Origin: an uncultured virus (IMG/VR IMGVR_UViG_3300036806_000229)
Lineage: Duplodnaviria; Heunggongvirae; Uroviricota; Caudoviricetes
IMG/VR virus record: IMGVR_UViG_3300036806_000229
Length of the DNA: 20,000 bases
Direction: 5' to 3' (one strand)
A program made the translations under genes and the position numbers. Below, one piece after another: positions 1 through 7,603 of this stretch (positions are counted from its first letter, which is position 1; every line of letters starts with the position of its first letter). The notes beneath the pieces were generated by a model. The model was not told the DNA's origin and ran no database searches. It was given only the letters and a program-made list of their open reading frames with translations.

Positions 1-918
1 ATAAAAATTCAAGCCTGGCTTGTGCCGATCCATAAAACTGATAACCATACTATCGGACTTGCTTCGGGCAAAACCGATCATGCTGATCTGACTCGCTAGC
101 AAGTACCGCATTTGCGGGGTCATGTGTTTTAGTTCGAGTTTGGTATATAGTGCATAGCCAGACTCGATGTCGATCGCATATCTTGTTGCTGGTCGCGAAA
201 ACCATTCCTCAATTTCGTCAAAGGTTGGATATTTTAATAACCAACGTTTAGTCCGGTTGACCTTGGTGCTGTCGCGGTGGGATCGGGCTTTTTGTAAATC
301 GGCGATGACCGTGGGTCTAAGGGGCCAGTTGCGCAACACGGCGGATGGATGGAAGGTTGGGAGGAGTTTGTATCCACCGATCTTCGTGGTTGTGATCGTG
401 CCGCGCATGGCGGTTATTTTGGGTGTGACGCCTAACAATGCCCAACTTGCCGTGTTGCCAAGGGCGACGATTAAGTTCGGCTCGGCCTCCGAAACCTCGT
501 GTAAAAGCCGGTGGAGGTAGTGCAGGTATTGTTTCTTTAAATATTTTCCTGCCTTGAGCGGCGGAAGGTCGAGGCAGACGTCTTCAGTTCTATTGCCGAA
601 AAAGTATTCCACATTGTCACTTGGTGGCTGTTCTTCAAACACATTTGTAGTTAGAATTTCATTGGATTGTTCTAACGAGTCCCAGTATTTAATCAGTATC
701 CTTGCATCGGGCTTGTAATATTCGCCGCAATTTGGACAGCGGCCCAGGTTAACGGACTTACCACATCCATAACAGTTGTTACGGAACGGCAGATCTGTTA
801 ACCCAGCATCGTCGATCATGGTTATTAATTCACGGCCTGTAGTTCCGACAAAGGCATGTTTGAACATGTCTTCATGTTTGCCCCATGCTTCCCCACAGAG
901 AACAACCTTAAAGGTCAT
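1..918 (-). CDS. Family-4-like uracil-DNA glycosylase fused to a DnaQ/PolA-type 3'-5' exonuclease domain, probably the N-terminal part of a phage DNA polymerase; truncated by the window edge
   Basis: Manual translation, open from ATG at 918 to position 1 (306 codons): MTFKVVLCGEAWGKHEDMFKHAFVGTTGREL (UDG motif A, GEAxG..E..FVG..G..L), then TNVF..QPP, PNLIVALGNTA, LPTFHPSAVLR (UDG motif B), then YAIDIESG (ExoI DxE motif). Not in the ORF track. Confidence 0.85.
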   Translation of the reverse strand, partial: MTFKVVLCGEAWGKHEDMFKHAFVGTTGRELITMIDDAGLTDLPFRNNCYGCGKSVNLGRCPNCGEYYKPDARILIKYWDSLEQSNEILTTNVFEEQPPSDNVEYFFGNRTEDVCLDLPPLKAGKYLKKQYLHYLHRLLHEVSEAEPNLIVALGNTASWALLGVTPKITAMRGTITTTKIGGYKLLPTFHPSAVLRNWPLRPTVIADLQKARSHRDSTKVNRTKRWLLKYPTFDEIEEWFSRPATRYAIDIESGYALYTKLELKHMTPQMRYLLASQISMIGFARSKSDSMVISFMDRHKPGLNFY

Positions 919-942
919 TGTGGAATCGCGTAGTGTGATCTA

Positions 943-976
943 GTTCCATGTTTCACTCCGTTCCATATTTCACTCC
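943..976 (-). repeat. 17-bp tandem duplication of an RBS+ATG unit
   Basis: Minus strand reads GGAGTGAAATATGGAAC GGAGTGAAACATGGAAC (1 mismatch). Confidence 0.8.
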
Positions 977-1137
977 TCGATCCACTCCAATAGTTCTCCC
1001 AGTGCGTCGTAATAGCCGGTGTCATAGCCTGCGGAAAAGGATTTGACAGCCTTGCGTAATGAGGCTTTGGATTTTTCCATGCTTGATTGTTTGCGTTCTT
1101 GAATTTCGCGGATGATTTCTTCTTTAGATCTGGTCAT
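970..1137 (-). CDS. Hypothetical protein, 55 aa
   Basis: Manual translation MTRSKEEIIREIQERKQSSMEKSKASLRKAVKSFSAGYDTGYYDALGELLEWIEE; the ATG overlaps the TGA of the upstream gene (ATGA at 1134-1137). Confidence 0.6.
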   Translation of the reverse strand: MTRSKEEIIREIQERKQSSMEKSKASLRKAVKSFSAGYDTGYYDALGELLEWIEE

Positions 1138-2594
1138 ATCTTCACCCCTCTCATACTGCGTGCGCGCAGGCAGGCGATGTTGGCTGCCTGTTGAAATTCG
1201 GAATTTAGTTCAAGGCCGAGTACAGCCCGGGCTCCCAATTCATCGGCCACCCGCAGTGCAGATCCCGAGCCGGCGGTTGGATCAAAAACCAGGGTCGTTT
1301 CGTCGACTAGACCTGAAAGAAAATACCGTAACAACGGTTCTGGTTTCTGGGTCGGATGGATTGGTCGGTCGGGTGATGGACAGGCGTAGGAATCACCGAT
1401 TTGTTTCACCAGTGGCCGCTCGCCACGATAGGCCAAGATTGCGGCTTCATACGTGTGCCTTGGCTGTTTCATATCGGTCGACGTACTGCCACGCATGTCG
1501 GATTTATGCCAGATCAATGGCCGGTCGATTACTTTCCAGCTAAAGTTCTGAACCTTGCGTTTCGTTTCGATAAAGAATTTCATACTTAGCCAGCAGATTA
1601 AATGTGCCGATTGGGAAATGAATTTGTCTTGGTTGTTTAACATGAAGTCTAATAAATAGAAGTACAGTTCCGGCGTGTTTTCATAGCCCTCTAACTGGGC
1701 ATCGGCTGTGTTTACGCCGTAGGGAAAATCACAATGGATCAGGTTAAATTTTGGGCCGGTATAGGTCTTGACCCAGTGGGTGAAGTCGGCCTGGATTATC
1801 ACATCCTGGGTACTAGGGCGGAGAGTATGAGCAGTAGTGTACAGATCCAGACCAGGCACATTGCCAGTGTCCGCTGATTGTGGTTGCGGGAGATCAGGGC
1901 AGTTAGCGTGATTATTAGTGTCAAACACAGAAGTCTGGACATGTTGCGTACTATTGTCAGGGGTTGGCAGGATTGGCAGTTCTTCACCAAAGATTTTACT
2001 GCCGATGGATTTCAGTTCCTCTACAATCCCGGCAGTGCGACGTTCGGCGAATCGGGCCAGGATGCCTTCGGCATGAGAGATACCATTTGCATCTTTTAAT
2101 CGATCCGTGTCTAAATGCTTCGCGATATTTAATATGCTATAAATGTATTGGACGTTGTATGATAAGGCCTCTGCAGTTTTGGTAACGGTCCAGGTTGGAT
2201 CAGAACTGCTATAAAGTTTATGTATCTGGCTTATGGCCCGGACTTGATCTTTCCAATCTAAATCACTGCGTTTTAGATTCTCCTCAAGCTCAATGACTTG
2301 GACTTTGGTTTCTTCAAGTTTTTCGGCAGTGTCCAGATTTTCCCAATACCGTACTGGGACCTGTATATTTAATTCAATACAAGATTGCAGCCGACGCTCC
2401 CCTGCTACTAATACCAGGCCTTGGCTGCCGTCTTCAAAACTTTGATTTTTAATAATGATCGGGTTTAGAACTCCATACTTCTGAATTGATGGTTTTAAAC
2501 CCGCTATATCAATTTTCTTTCTCTGCCGGTTATCACGGTCAACAATTATGGTTTTTGGGTCAAGCAATTCGTCAGGGTTGTGGGTTATGGGCAT
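1134..2594 (-). CDS. ParB-N domain / beta-class amino (N6-A or N4-C) DNA methyltransferase fusion
   Basis: N-terminal ParB box (RQRK..I..LK.SI..YGVLNPIII...LVAGERRL, ELEENLKRSDL) plus an HTH-like segment. C-terminal MTase with motif IV HCDFPYG before HPTQKP and motif I VFDPTAGSGS, then LGLEL. Confidence 0.88.
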   Translation of the reverse strand: MPITHNPDELLDPKTIIVDRDNRQRKKIDIAGLKPSIQKYGVLNPIIIKNQSFEDGSQGLVLVAGERRLQSCIELNIQVPVRYWENLDTAEKLEETKVQVIELEENLKRSDLDWKDQVRAISQIHKLYSSSDPTWTVTKTAEALSYNVQYIYSILNIAKHLDTDRLKDANGISHAEGILARFAERRTAGIVEELKSIGSKIFGEELPILPTPDNSTQHVQTSVFDTNNHANCPDLPQPQSADTGNVPGLDLYTTAHTLRPSTQDVIIQADFTHWVKTYTGPKFNLIHCDFPYGVNTADAQLEGYENTPELYFYLLDFMLNNQDKFISQSAHLICWLSMKFFIETKRKVQNFSWKVIDRPLIWHKSDMRGSTSTDMKQPRHTYEAAILAYRGERPLVKQIGDSYACPSPDRPIHPTQKPEPLLRYFLSGLVDETTLVFDPTAGSGSALRVADELGARAVLGLELNSEFQQAANIACLRARSMRGVKI

Positions 2595-2770
2595 TGCAGC
2601 GTCCTAACTATTTTTATCCTCCCCGCTGCTAGTGTTGGTTGTTCCAATTCATGTTGAATATTCCAATTAAATGAGACCTTTAATCCGGCATTAACTGCGA
2701 CTTGAACGTGGCCGCGTAATGTTATATACGCTTCTCGTACATTCTTTGCCAGTTCTTCATCTGTTAACAT
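2585..2770 (-). CDS. Hypothetical protein, 61 aa
   Basis: ORF track; GAGGGA RBS upstream; overlaps the start of the next gene. Confidence 0.6.
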   Translation of the reverse strand: MLTDEELAKNVREAYITLRGHVQVAVNAGLKVSFNWNIQHELEQPTLAAGRIKIVRTLQCP

Positions 2771-2785
2771 AACTTGTTCCCTCAG

Positions 2786-2879
2786 AAAAGTTTCCTCTGG
2801 GCAAAGGTTTTAACAGTTTAACCCCTTTTATTTAAACCACGCCGGTTATGGCGAGAGATGGTCCCAGAGGAAAGACTTT
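2786..2879 (-). other. Candidate structured RNA or terminator-like element
   Basis: Perfect 11-bp inverted repeat TTTCCTCTGGG (2791-2801) / CCCAGAGGAAA (2863-2873) enclosing small hairpins; followed by CUUUU on the minus strand. Confidence 0.5.
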
Positions 2880-2906
2880 AGCCGACTTTAGCCGGCTTTA
2901 GTCGAC
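2874..2906. repeat. 10-bp tandem repeat, about 3 copies
   Basis: GACTTTAGCC GACTTTAGCC GGCTTTAGTC GAC. Confidence 0.8.
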
Positions 2907-2925
2907 GATTTGGGTTTGGTTTATG

Positions 2926-3390
2926 TTATGCCGCAGCGTCTTCCATTTCCCGTTCTGCCAACCCAACGATTTCGGAGATGTTAGCAAACGGGTTTTTTTT
3001 CTCCCGATCTTTGCGGGAATAGCCGTGTACCACAGTCACCAGTACTGGTAGCCCGCGGGTGTTAGAAAAATCGTCGTCGAAGTTGGAGTTTTCATCAAAC
3101 CCCAAACTGACGTGAAATTCGCGTAGTCTATACAATGCCTTCGGCGTGATATAGAATTCGACCTGGAGTTCGTATTCAGTGATGTTCACGCCTTCCAGCT
3201 CCGCTTCCTCCACATCTTCTGTCGCCGCTGTTGGCTGGATGAAGTAACGCACGAAAGGAGTCTGCTTCTCACTCGACCGATCGAACTCGTGTCGGATGAT
3301 CCGACCAAGGTAATGGCCCTCAGGCAACGTTGGCGGCTTGTCATACTCGACCTTTGGCCTCGACAACAGTTCACGAAAATCTACGCTCAT
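2926..3390 (-). CDS. Putative single-stranded DNA-binding protein (OB-fold-like)
   Basis: PPTLPEGHY.G.I motif, beta-rich core and acidic C-terminus; lies directly downstream of the Sak4-like ATPase, the usual SSB position in phage nuclease-ATPase-SSB modules. Confidence 0.6.
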   Translation of the reverse strand: MSVDFRELLSRPKVEYDKPPTLPEGHYLGRIIRHEFDRSSEKQTPFVRYFIQPTAATEDVEEAELEGVNITEYELQVEFYITPKALYRLREFHVSLGFDENSNFDDDFSNTRGLPVLVTVVHGYSRKDREKKNPFANISEIVGLAEREMEDAAA

Positions 3391-3393
3391 GTT

Positions 3394-4392
3394 TTACGCC
3401 TTTGGTTTGGGTGGAAGTTCGGGCAGCGGGGGAAGTGGTTGTAACGGCTCGGCTCCGCCGCCCTTTGATTTCGAGCCGGATGGTAATAGGGATTTACGAC
3501 CAAGGGCCTGCATCAGTTCAAACGGCGGCTCTTGGCCTTTCATTTTGGCGAATATCTCCGCCAGCCCGGTTTCAACCGTATAGGATGATTTGAGGGCAGC
3601 ACTGGCTTTGGTAATTACGCCGTCCTGTGGTACGGTGCTGATGTCCCGTCTTGTCATTACCCCGTCGCCGGTTTTACGAGCGAGAAAGAAATCAGGGAAA
3701 AATTCCGGGATTTTAGGGCTTAATGCCCTACCGATGGTTGAGGGGTAAATATCTGGGTTAGATTTTTCATTCGGTCTGGATGCACTGCCGTGCGTCTCGT
3801 CAACGGCAACTAGATGGGAAATTAAAATAACGTTACACTTTACATCGATATCGAACAGTAACTGCATTAGACTTTTTATTCGATTTTGTGCCTGCCCAAC
3901 ATCACGTTGGTAGTCGTATCCTTCGGGCATAACACCAAGGCGGCCATTCAGTTCTTGAACATTGTAATAGGCATCGTCGGAGATCCTGGATAGGTTATCC
4001 AAGACAAATACGTCCTTTGATCCCCATGATGTAATCGATCCGAGTTTGTGAGGCCCGTCGTTCCAATTCTTCAACGCCGCAACTACCTTCTCCCAAACTA
4101 CGGCTCCAGCTGGGGAGATATCTGAACCAAGCAGGGTCATTTTTTGGCTCAGATGAATCATACTTACGGTTTGGGTTGGGTCGATGTTCTTTTTTCGTAA
4201 GTATTCCTTATATGGATATTCAGGTGACCCGAGCAATGATTTGAGGGTTTTGATCCCCGGATCTCGGTTTAGGATACGTAGGTGATACCCCAGGCAAACC
4301 AAACTGGCCAGTGCTCCAGTTTTCCCGGTCCCATACCTGCCAGCCAGTTCAATTTTGCAGGGGTCGGATTCGTAATCCAGATCAAATGGCAT
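3394..4392 (-). CDS. Sak4/AAA_24-like RecA-fold ATPase (putative annealing/recombination protein)
   Basis: Walker A GRYGTGKT, Walker B VFVLDNLS, NVILISH, G.ALSPKIP..F. Start moved from 4443 to ATG 4392 (MPFDLDY), which follows an AAGGA RBS and avoids overlap. Confidence 0.75.
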   Translation of the reverse strand: MPFDLDYESDPCKIELAGRYGTGKTGALASLVCLGYHLRILNRDPGIKTLKSLLGSPEYPYKEYLRKKNIDPTQTVSMIHLSQKMTLLGSDISPAGAVVWEKVVAALKNWNDGPHKLGSITSWGSKDVFVLDNLSRISDDAYYNVQELNGRLGVMPEGYDYQRDVGQAQNRIKSLMQLLFDIDVKCNVILISHLVAVDETHGSASRPNEKSNPDIYPSTIGRALSPKIPEFFPDFFLARKTGDGVMTRRDISTVPQDGVITKASAALKSSYTVETGLAEIFAKMKGQEPPFELMQALGRKSLLPSGSKSKGGGAEPLQPLPPLPELPPKPKA

Positions 4393-4396
4393 GGAT

Positions 4397-4675
4397 CTAT
4401 TCTTCCTTGTCTGGATCAAAATGTTGTTCAAGGATCTTGTCAATTTGACGGTTGGGAATTTTGCGCTGACGTACAGGGCGGCTGATTTCTACAACCTCCC
4501 AAAAACGTAGCATTGATTCCAATTCGTACAAAACTCGCCTCGTAGCTAACTTGTCTCGCTGAGAATCGCCTAGCAATGGATCGTTCTTTACCCGATCGAT
4601 CCTGCGTCGAAGGTCGGTCAGGAACTCGTCTCTGGTTTCTTCCGGGGTTCGTGGGTGGATGATGAACTGGGTCAT
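4397..4675 (-). CDS. Hypothetical protein, 92 aa
   Basis: ORF track; fills the gap between the nuclease and ATPase genes in the same orientation. Confidence 0.65.
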   Translation of the reverse strand: MTQFIIHPRTPEETRDEFLTDLRRRIDRVKNDPLLGDSQRDKLATRRVLYELESMLRFWEVVEISRPVRQRKIPNRQIDKILEQHFDPDKEE

Positions 4676-4690
4676 GATGTTCTTTTCCCG

Positions 4691-4745
4691 TGATTAGACT
4701 TTGATTAGACTTTGATTAGACTTTGATTAGACTTTGATTAGACTT
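4691..4745. repeat. Perfect 11-bp tandem repeat, 5 copies
   Basis: TGATTAGACTT x5; the last copy contains the TAA stop of the nuclease gene. Confidence 0.95.
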
Positions 4746-5694
4746 CTCTGGTTTTCAGTGGGTCCCATACCCGCCTAACATACTTTCCTGACGTTAACAA
4801 CGTTTCCCTAACACTGTTCCGTGACGTGCACACACCCAAAAATTCACAAGGTCGGTTGTAGCGGAAGCAGGATTTGCGGTTTTTCGGCCAGTAATTGTCT
4901 TTAACAAACTTTTCATTCTCACCGATGTAATACCAAATGTCTTTCATCCATTCGTCAAGTTCAGTGGGATGGATATCGATTTCACTGCGTTGGAACCGGG
5001 TAAAACCAGCACCGATTTGCGCCGCGTCAATTATTACCCCGTCGATATCCTGAGTATAAACAACTTTACCACCATAAGAATACCCAGACATTTGATTATC
5101 GTTGGCAAAAGGAAGGAAGTATTCTGATGCTAATTGATATTTAGTCGTCTTTCTATCTACGATCCTGATTCTTTCGTGCCATTCAACCAGTTTGTCAATA
5201 TGCCCGGTGTATAAATATGGCTCGTGGGTTAGGCCAGAAACTTTGCCCAGTTCGAACCGGAAGGATTTTTCCACTGCCGGCGTACCGTCGGCGAAGATCA
5301 CGGTTTTTAACGAATCGTTTTCAAAATGAAGCAAGTACCACACCACACTGCGGATTAATGTAAATCGATTCTTGGTCGGATGGTCGGAGAACCACGGGCG
5401 TTTTAGTTTAAAATTCCATGTCAGTGTTAATGCCTTATGTGCCGCGTTTAACAACGCTTCGTCATGGCTCATACCATCGACTTTGCATCTATCGTAAAAT
5501 TCCAGACATGAATGATACATTATACCGAACGTTAAATCAATTACATCTCCACTCCCCGCGATCCCATACACGATGGAATATTGGTAATATCTCGGGCAGG
5601 TGATTAATGCCCCGGAGCTGACACTGTCGTATGCCAGCTGATGCGCGGGTATGGATTGCGAAAAGCTTTCGCGGAGGGGAAGGTTGAGGTTCAT
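4738..5694 (-). CDS. Cas4/AddB-like PD-(D/E)XK exonuclease with a probable Fe-S 'staple'
   Basis: N-terminal CPRYY; FG..YH; catalytic VE...GHIDKL...IVDRKTT; QxxxY (QMSGY); C-terminal C-x6-C-x5-C (SCFRYNRPCEFLGVC). Confidence 0.85.
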   Translation of the reverse strand: MNLNLPLRESFSQSIPAHQLAYDSVSSGALITCPRYYQYSIVYGIAGSGDVIDLTFGIMYHSCLEFYDRCKVDGMSHDEALLNAAHKALTLTWNFKLKRPWFSDHPTKNRFTLIRSVVWYLLHFENDSLKTVIFADGTPAVEKSFRFELGKVSGLTHEPYLYTGHIDKLVEWHERIRIVDRKTTKYQLASEYFLPFANDNQMSGYSYGGKVVYTQDIDGVIIDAAQIGAGFTRFQRSEIDIHPTELDEWMKDIWYYIGENEKFVKDNYWPKNRKSCFRYNRPCEFLGVCTSRNSVRETLLTSGKYVRRVWDPLKTREV

Positions 5695-5861
5695 GGTATT
5701 AATCCCAGGTTTATTACAGCATCGATGTCGTGGATTATAATCACCGATACCGCGGCGAGGGTTAATGCCAGTGTGATGGTTATTATTAATTGGACCTTGG
5801 CAGATTTGGGTGGGTGTTGAAAGATGGTGTGAATATGGCCATCTTTACCGATCCAGGTCAT
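5691..5861 (-). CDS. Small putative membrane protein, 56 aa
   Basis: Manual translation MTWIGKDGHIHTIFQHPPKSAKVQLIITITLALTLAAVSVIIIHDIDAVINLGLIP; ATGA overlaps at both ends; one hydrophobic segment. Confidence 0.65.
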   Translation of the reverse strand: MTWIGKDGHIHTIFQHPPKSAKVQLIITITLALTLAAVSVIIIHDIDAVINLGLIP

Positions 5862-6562
5862 GGCTTAACTTCTTGCCAAGCTGACAAACAAACCGGGACA
5901 ATTGGTCGGATTAGGCTGATTATTGCTTCCGCATAGACCCGGATTTCGTGCTGGGCATGTGGATCACAACGTAGGGTGAGGAACTTGAAAAGGTTGAGTA
6001 AGTTTACCTTGGCAAACATGCGGCTGTAGGTACTGACGGGCAGTACCCCGCGGGCTAGTTCACGAGGCCAACTAGAATCCAATAAATACCGATAGAGTAC
6101 TGTTGCCTGGTTACACATCTCTCTATACTCATCGACTTCAAACTTCCTGGCCTCGATTAATTCGGCACTGTTATCAAAGATTCGCCCTTGTTTATTATTA
6201 GTAGATTGAGTCCCAATGTTTTCGGCCTGTGGAACATAAAATTCTTCCGGCAGTTCAGTATACCGGGCCGAGATTTCGTTATATGACCAGGTTCTATGTC
6301 TATGCCATTGTCTAAAGACAAAGATCGGCGCTTTGACTTCGAACTGAAACTCCACTGCCTCGAATGGGGTGGCATGGTGGTGTTTCCATAAATAGTGGAT
6401 TAGTTTGTAATCACTGCCGGTGTCAGTGCCAGCTCGCCAATCTGCATTATACGATACACGGGCGGCACGGACAACGGACAGATCGGTTCCCATATGGTCT
6501 ACTAGCCGAATAAAGCCGTGGTCAAGGACTGAAATTGTGTTCATTGTGTTCATTGTGTTCAC
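5858..6562 (-). CDS. thyX: FAD-dependent thymidylate synthase
   Basis: AARVSY, H.TPFE, APIFVFRQWHRHRTWSYNEISARY (RHRx7S motif), RELARGVLP, LRCDPHAQHEIRVYA. Confidence 0.97.
   Translation of the reverse strand: MNTMNTMNTISVLDHGFIRLVDHMGTDLSVVRAARVSYNADWRAGTDTGSDYKLIHYLWKHHHATPFEAVEFQFEVKAPIFVFRQWHRHRTWSYNEISARYTELPEEFYVPQAENIGTQSTNNKQGRIFDNSAELIEARKFEVDEYREMCNQATVLYRYLLDSSWPRELARGVLPVSTYSRMFAKVNLLNLFKFLTLRCDPHAQHEIRVYAEAIISLIRPIVPVCLSAWQEVKP
6536..6562 (-). repeat. 9-bp tandem repeat, 3 copies, covering the thyX start (MNT x3)
   Basis: Minus strand GTGAACACA ATGAACACA ATGAACACA. Confidence 0.9.
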
Positions 6563-6810
6563 AGTTCCAACTCCTTCATTATCCCTTTCACAGATGTCGG
6601 CTTGGCCTTCTTCACCCCCTTTGGTGGTTTGTCTGCGTCTTGGGCTAGGAACTTTTCCCGCTGCTCACGTAAAAACCCAACCATCTTCACAATATGCGGA
6701 TGGGTTGGCGGCGGGATTTGTTCCAAAGCCAGATACGAATCGATCCGAGAGATTAATTCATCGATGGAGGTTGGTTCGGCCTCGGTCAGTGGGTTTGGAC
6801 TGTCGATCAT
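6559..6810 (-). CDS. Hypothetical protein, 83 aa
   Basis: ORF track; coupled to neighbours on both sides; Lys-rich tail ending KELEL. Confidence 0.7.
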   Translation of the reverse strand: MIDSPNPLTEAEPTSIDELISRIDSYLALEQIPPPTHPHIVKMVGFLREQREKFLAQDADKPPKGVKKAKPTSVKGIMKELEL

Positions 6811-7001
6811 GGCTTCAGCTCCATTTCATCGATCTTTTTTCGCAGTTCATATCCCGCCTGGACACAGAACCGATGCACCGTTTCCCGGATGATTTCACTG
6901 ACGCCGGGATCTTTGGCATACAGTTCGCGTAACAGTTTCACATCCTCGGCAAAGAACGGGATGTGAAGTTTGATTAGTGGCTTGCCGACGATTTTTGGCA
7001 T
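6807..7001 (-). CDS. Small protein, possibly ribbon-helix-helix DNA-binding
   Basis: Beta-strand-like KLHIPFF, helix EDVKLLRELY, then GVSEIIRETVHRF, resembling CopG/Arc-type RHH proteins. Confidence 0.5.
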   Translation of the reverse strand: MPKIVGKPLIKLHIPFFAEDVKLLRELYAKDPGVSEIIRETVHRFCVQAGYELRKKIDEMELKP

Positions 7002-7216
7002 AGCGGCAGCTTAGCGAGCAATGTCCACAAGTTGTTTATAACCACCTGCCAATCTTCGGGGCTGTGCGCACAGGATGCAAACGGTGTTCCATCAGCATCG
7101 CGAAGTATCAAGACACATACGCCGTCGTTTCTCACTGCCCAGCTTGTACACACGGCTTTGAGTTCTGGTACAGTAATCGATTCAAACTGATCGCTTAGCG
7201 TTGGGGTTTTCGTCAT
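6974..7216 (-). CDS. Hypothetical protein, 80 aa
   Basis: ORF track; GGAG RBS upstream. Confidence 0.6.
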   Translation of the reverse strand: MTKTPTLSDQFESITVPELKAVCTSWAVRNDGVCVLILRDADGTPFASCAHSPEDWQVVINNLWTLLAKLPLCQKSSASH

Positions 7217-7344
7217 CCTGTGGCTCCGATTAAGATCACAGCTATTATCATTGTAATGATAAACAATGATAAAAATAGGCTGTTTGCGTTTGCTTCGTCA
7301 GAGGACGAGATCCGGCTGCGGATCAGTGCCTTGGCTTTGGTCAT
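7213..7344 (-). CDS. Small putative membrane protein, 43 aa
   Basis: Manual translation MTKAKALIRSRISSSDEANANSLFLSLFIITMIIAVILIGATG; AAGGA upstream; the TGA overlaps the next ATG. Confidence 0.55.
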   Translation of the reverse strand: MTKAKALIRSRISSSDEANANSLFLSLFIITMIIAVILIGATG

Positions 7345-7603
7345 CGGTTCCAGATCCTTTCAGGATAAATAGTTCGGTTTCAGGATTAGTTGGACTGAGG
7401 CGGAAGTGAAGTTCCAGTCCCAGTTCGCGTTTGAACCTGCCTAGTTGTTGCATGATACGATATAAGGCTCCAGCTACTGGCTCGTCGCCAAAGTCTTGGA
7501 TTTTGGTCAACAGACCATATTCGGCCTCGACTGCCCGGAACAGGATTGCTTCGGCGGCACTGGCAAGGATTGTCATGACGTTTTCCCGTTCACATGCTTC
7601 CAA
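7298..7603 (-). CDS. Hypothetical protein (true start may be ATG about 7576)
   Basis: ORF track; collinear with neighbours. Confidence 0.6.
   Translation of the reverse strand: MEACERENVMTILASAAEAILFRAVEAEYGLLTKIQDFGDEPVAGALYRIMQQLGRFKRELGLELHFRLSPTNPETELFILKGSGTDDQSQGTDPQPDLVL

Noticed and set aside
940..942. Genome-wide TAG recoding
   Set aside because: Long genes are uninterrupted in the standard code, and TAG acts as a normal stop at 4397 and 10728.
1134..2594. ParABS partition system or complete restriction-modification system
   Set aside because: No ParA-type ATPase or restriction endonuclease is adjacent; ParB-N is fused to the MTase.
2786..2879. tRNA gene
   Set aside because: No T-loop GTTC motif, D-loop signature or proper cloverleaf spacing.
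4691..5694. CRISPR array next to a cas4 gene
   Set aside because: The repeats are 11 bp, contiguous and have no spacers; no cas1/cas2 is present; the nuclease fits a phage recombination module.
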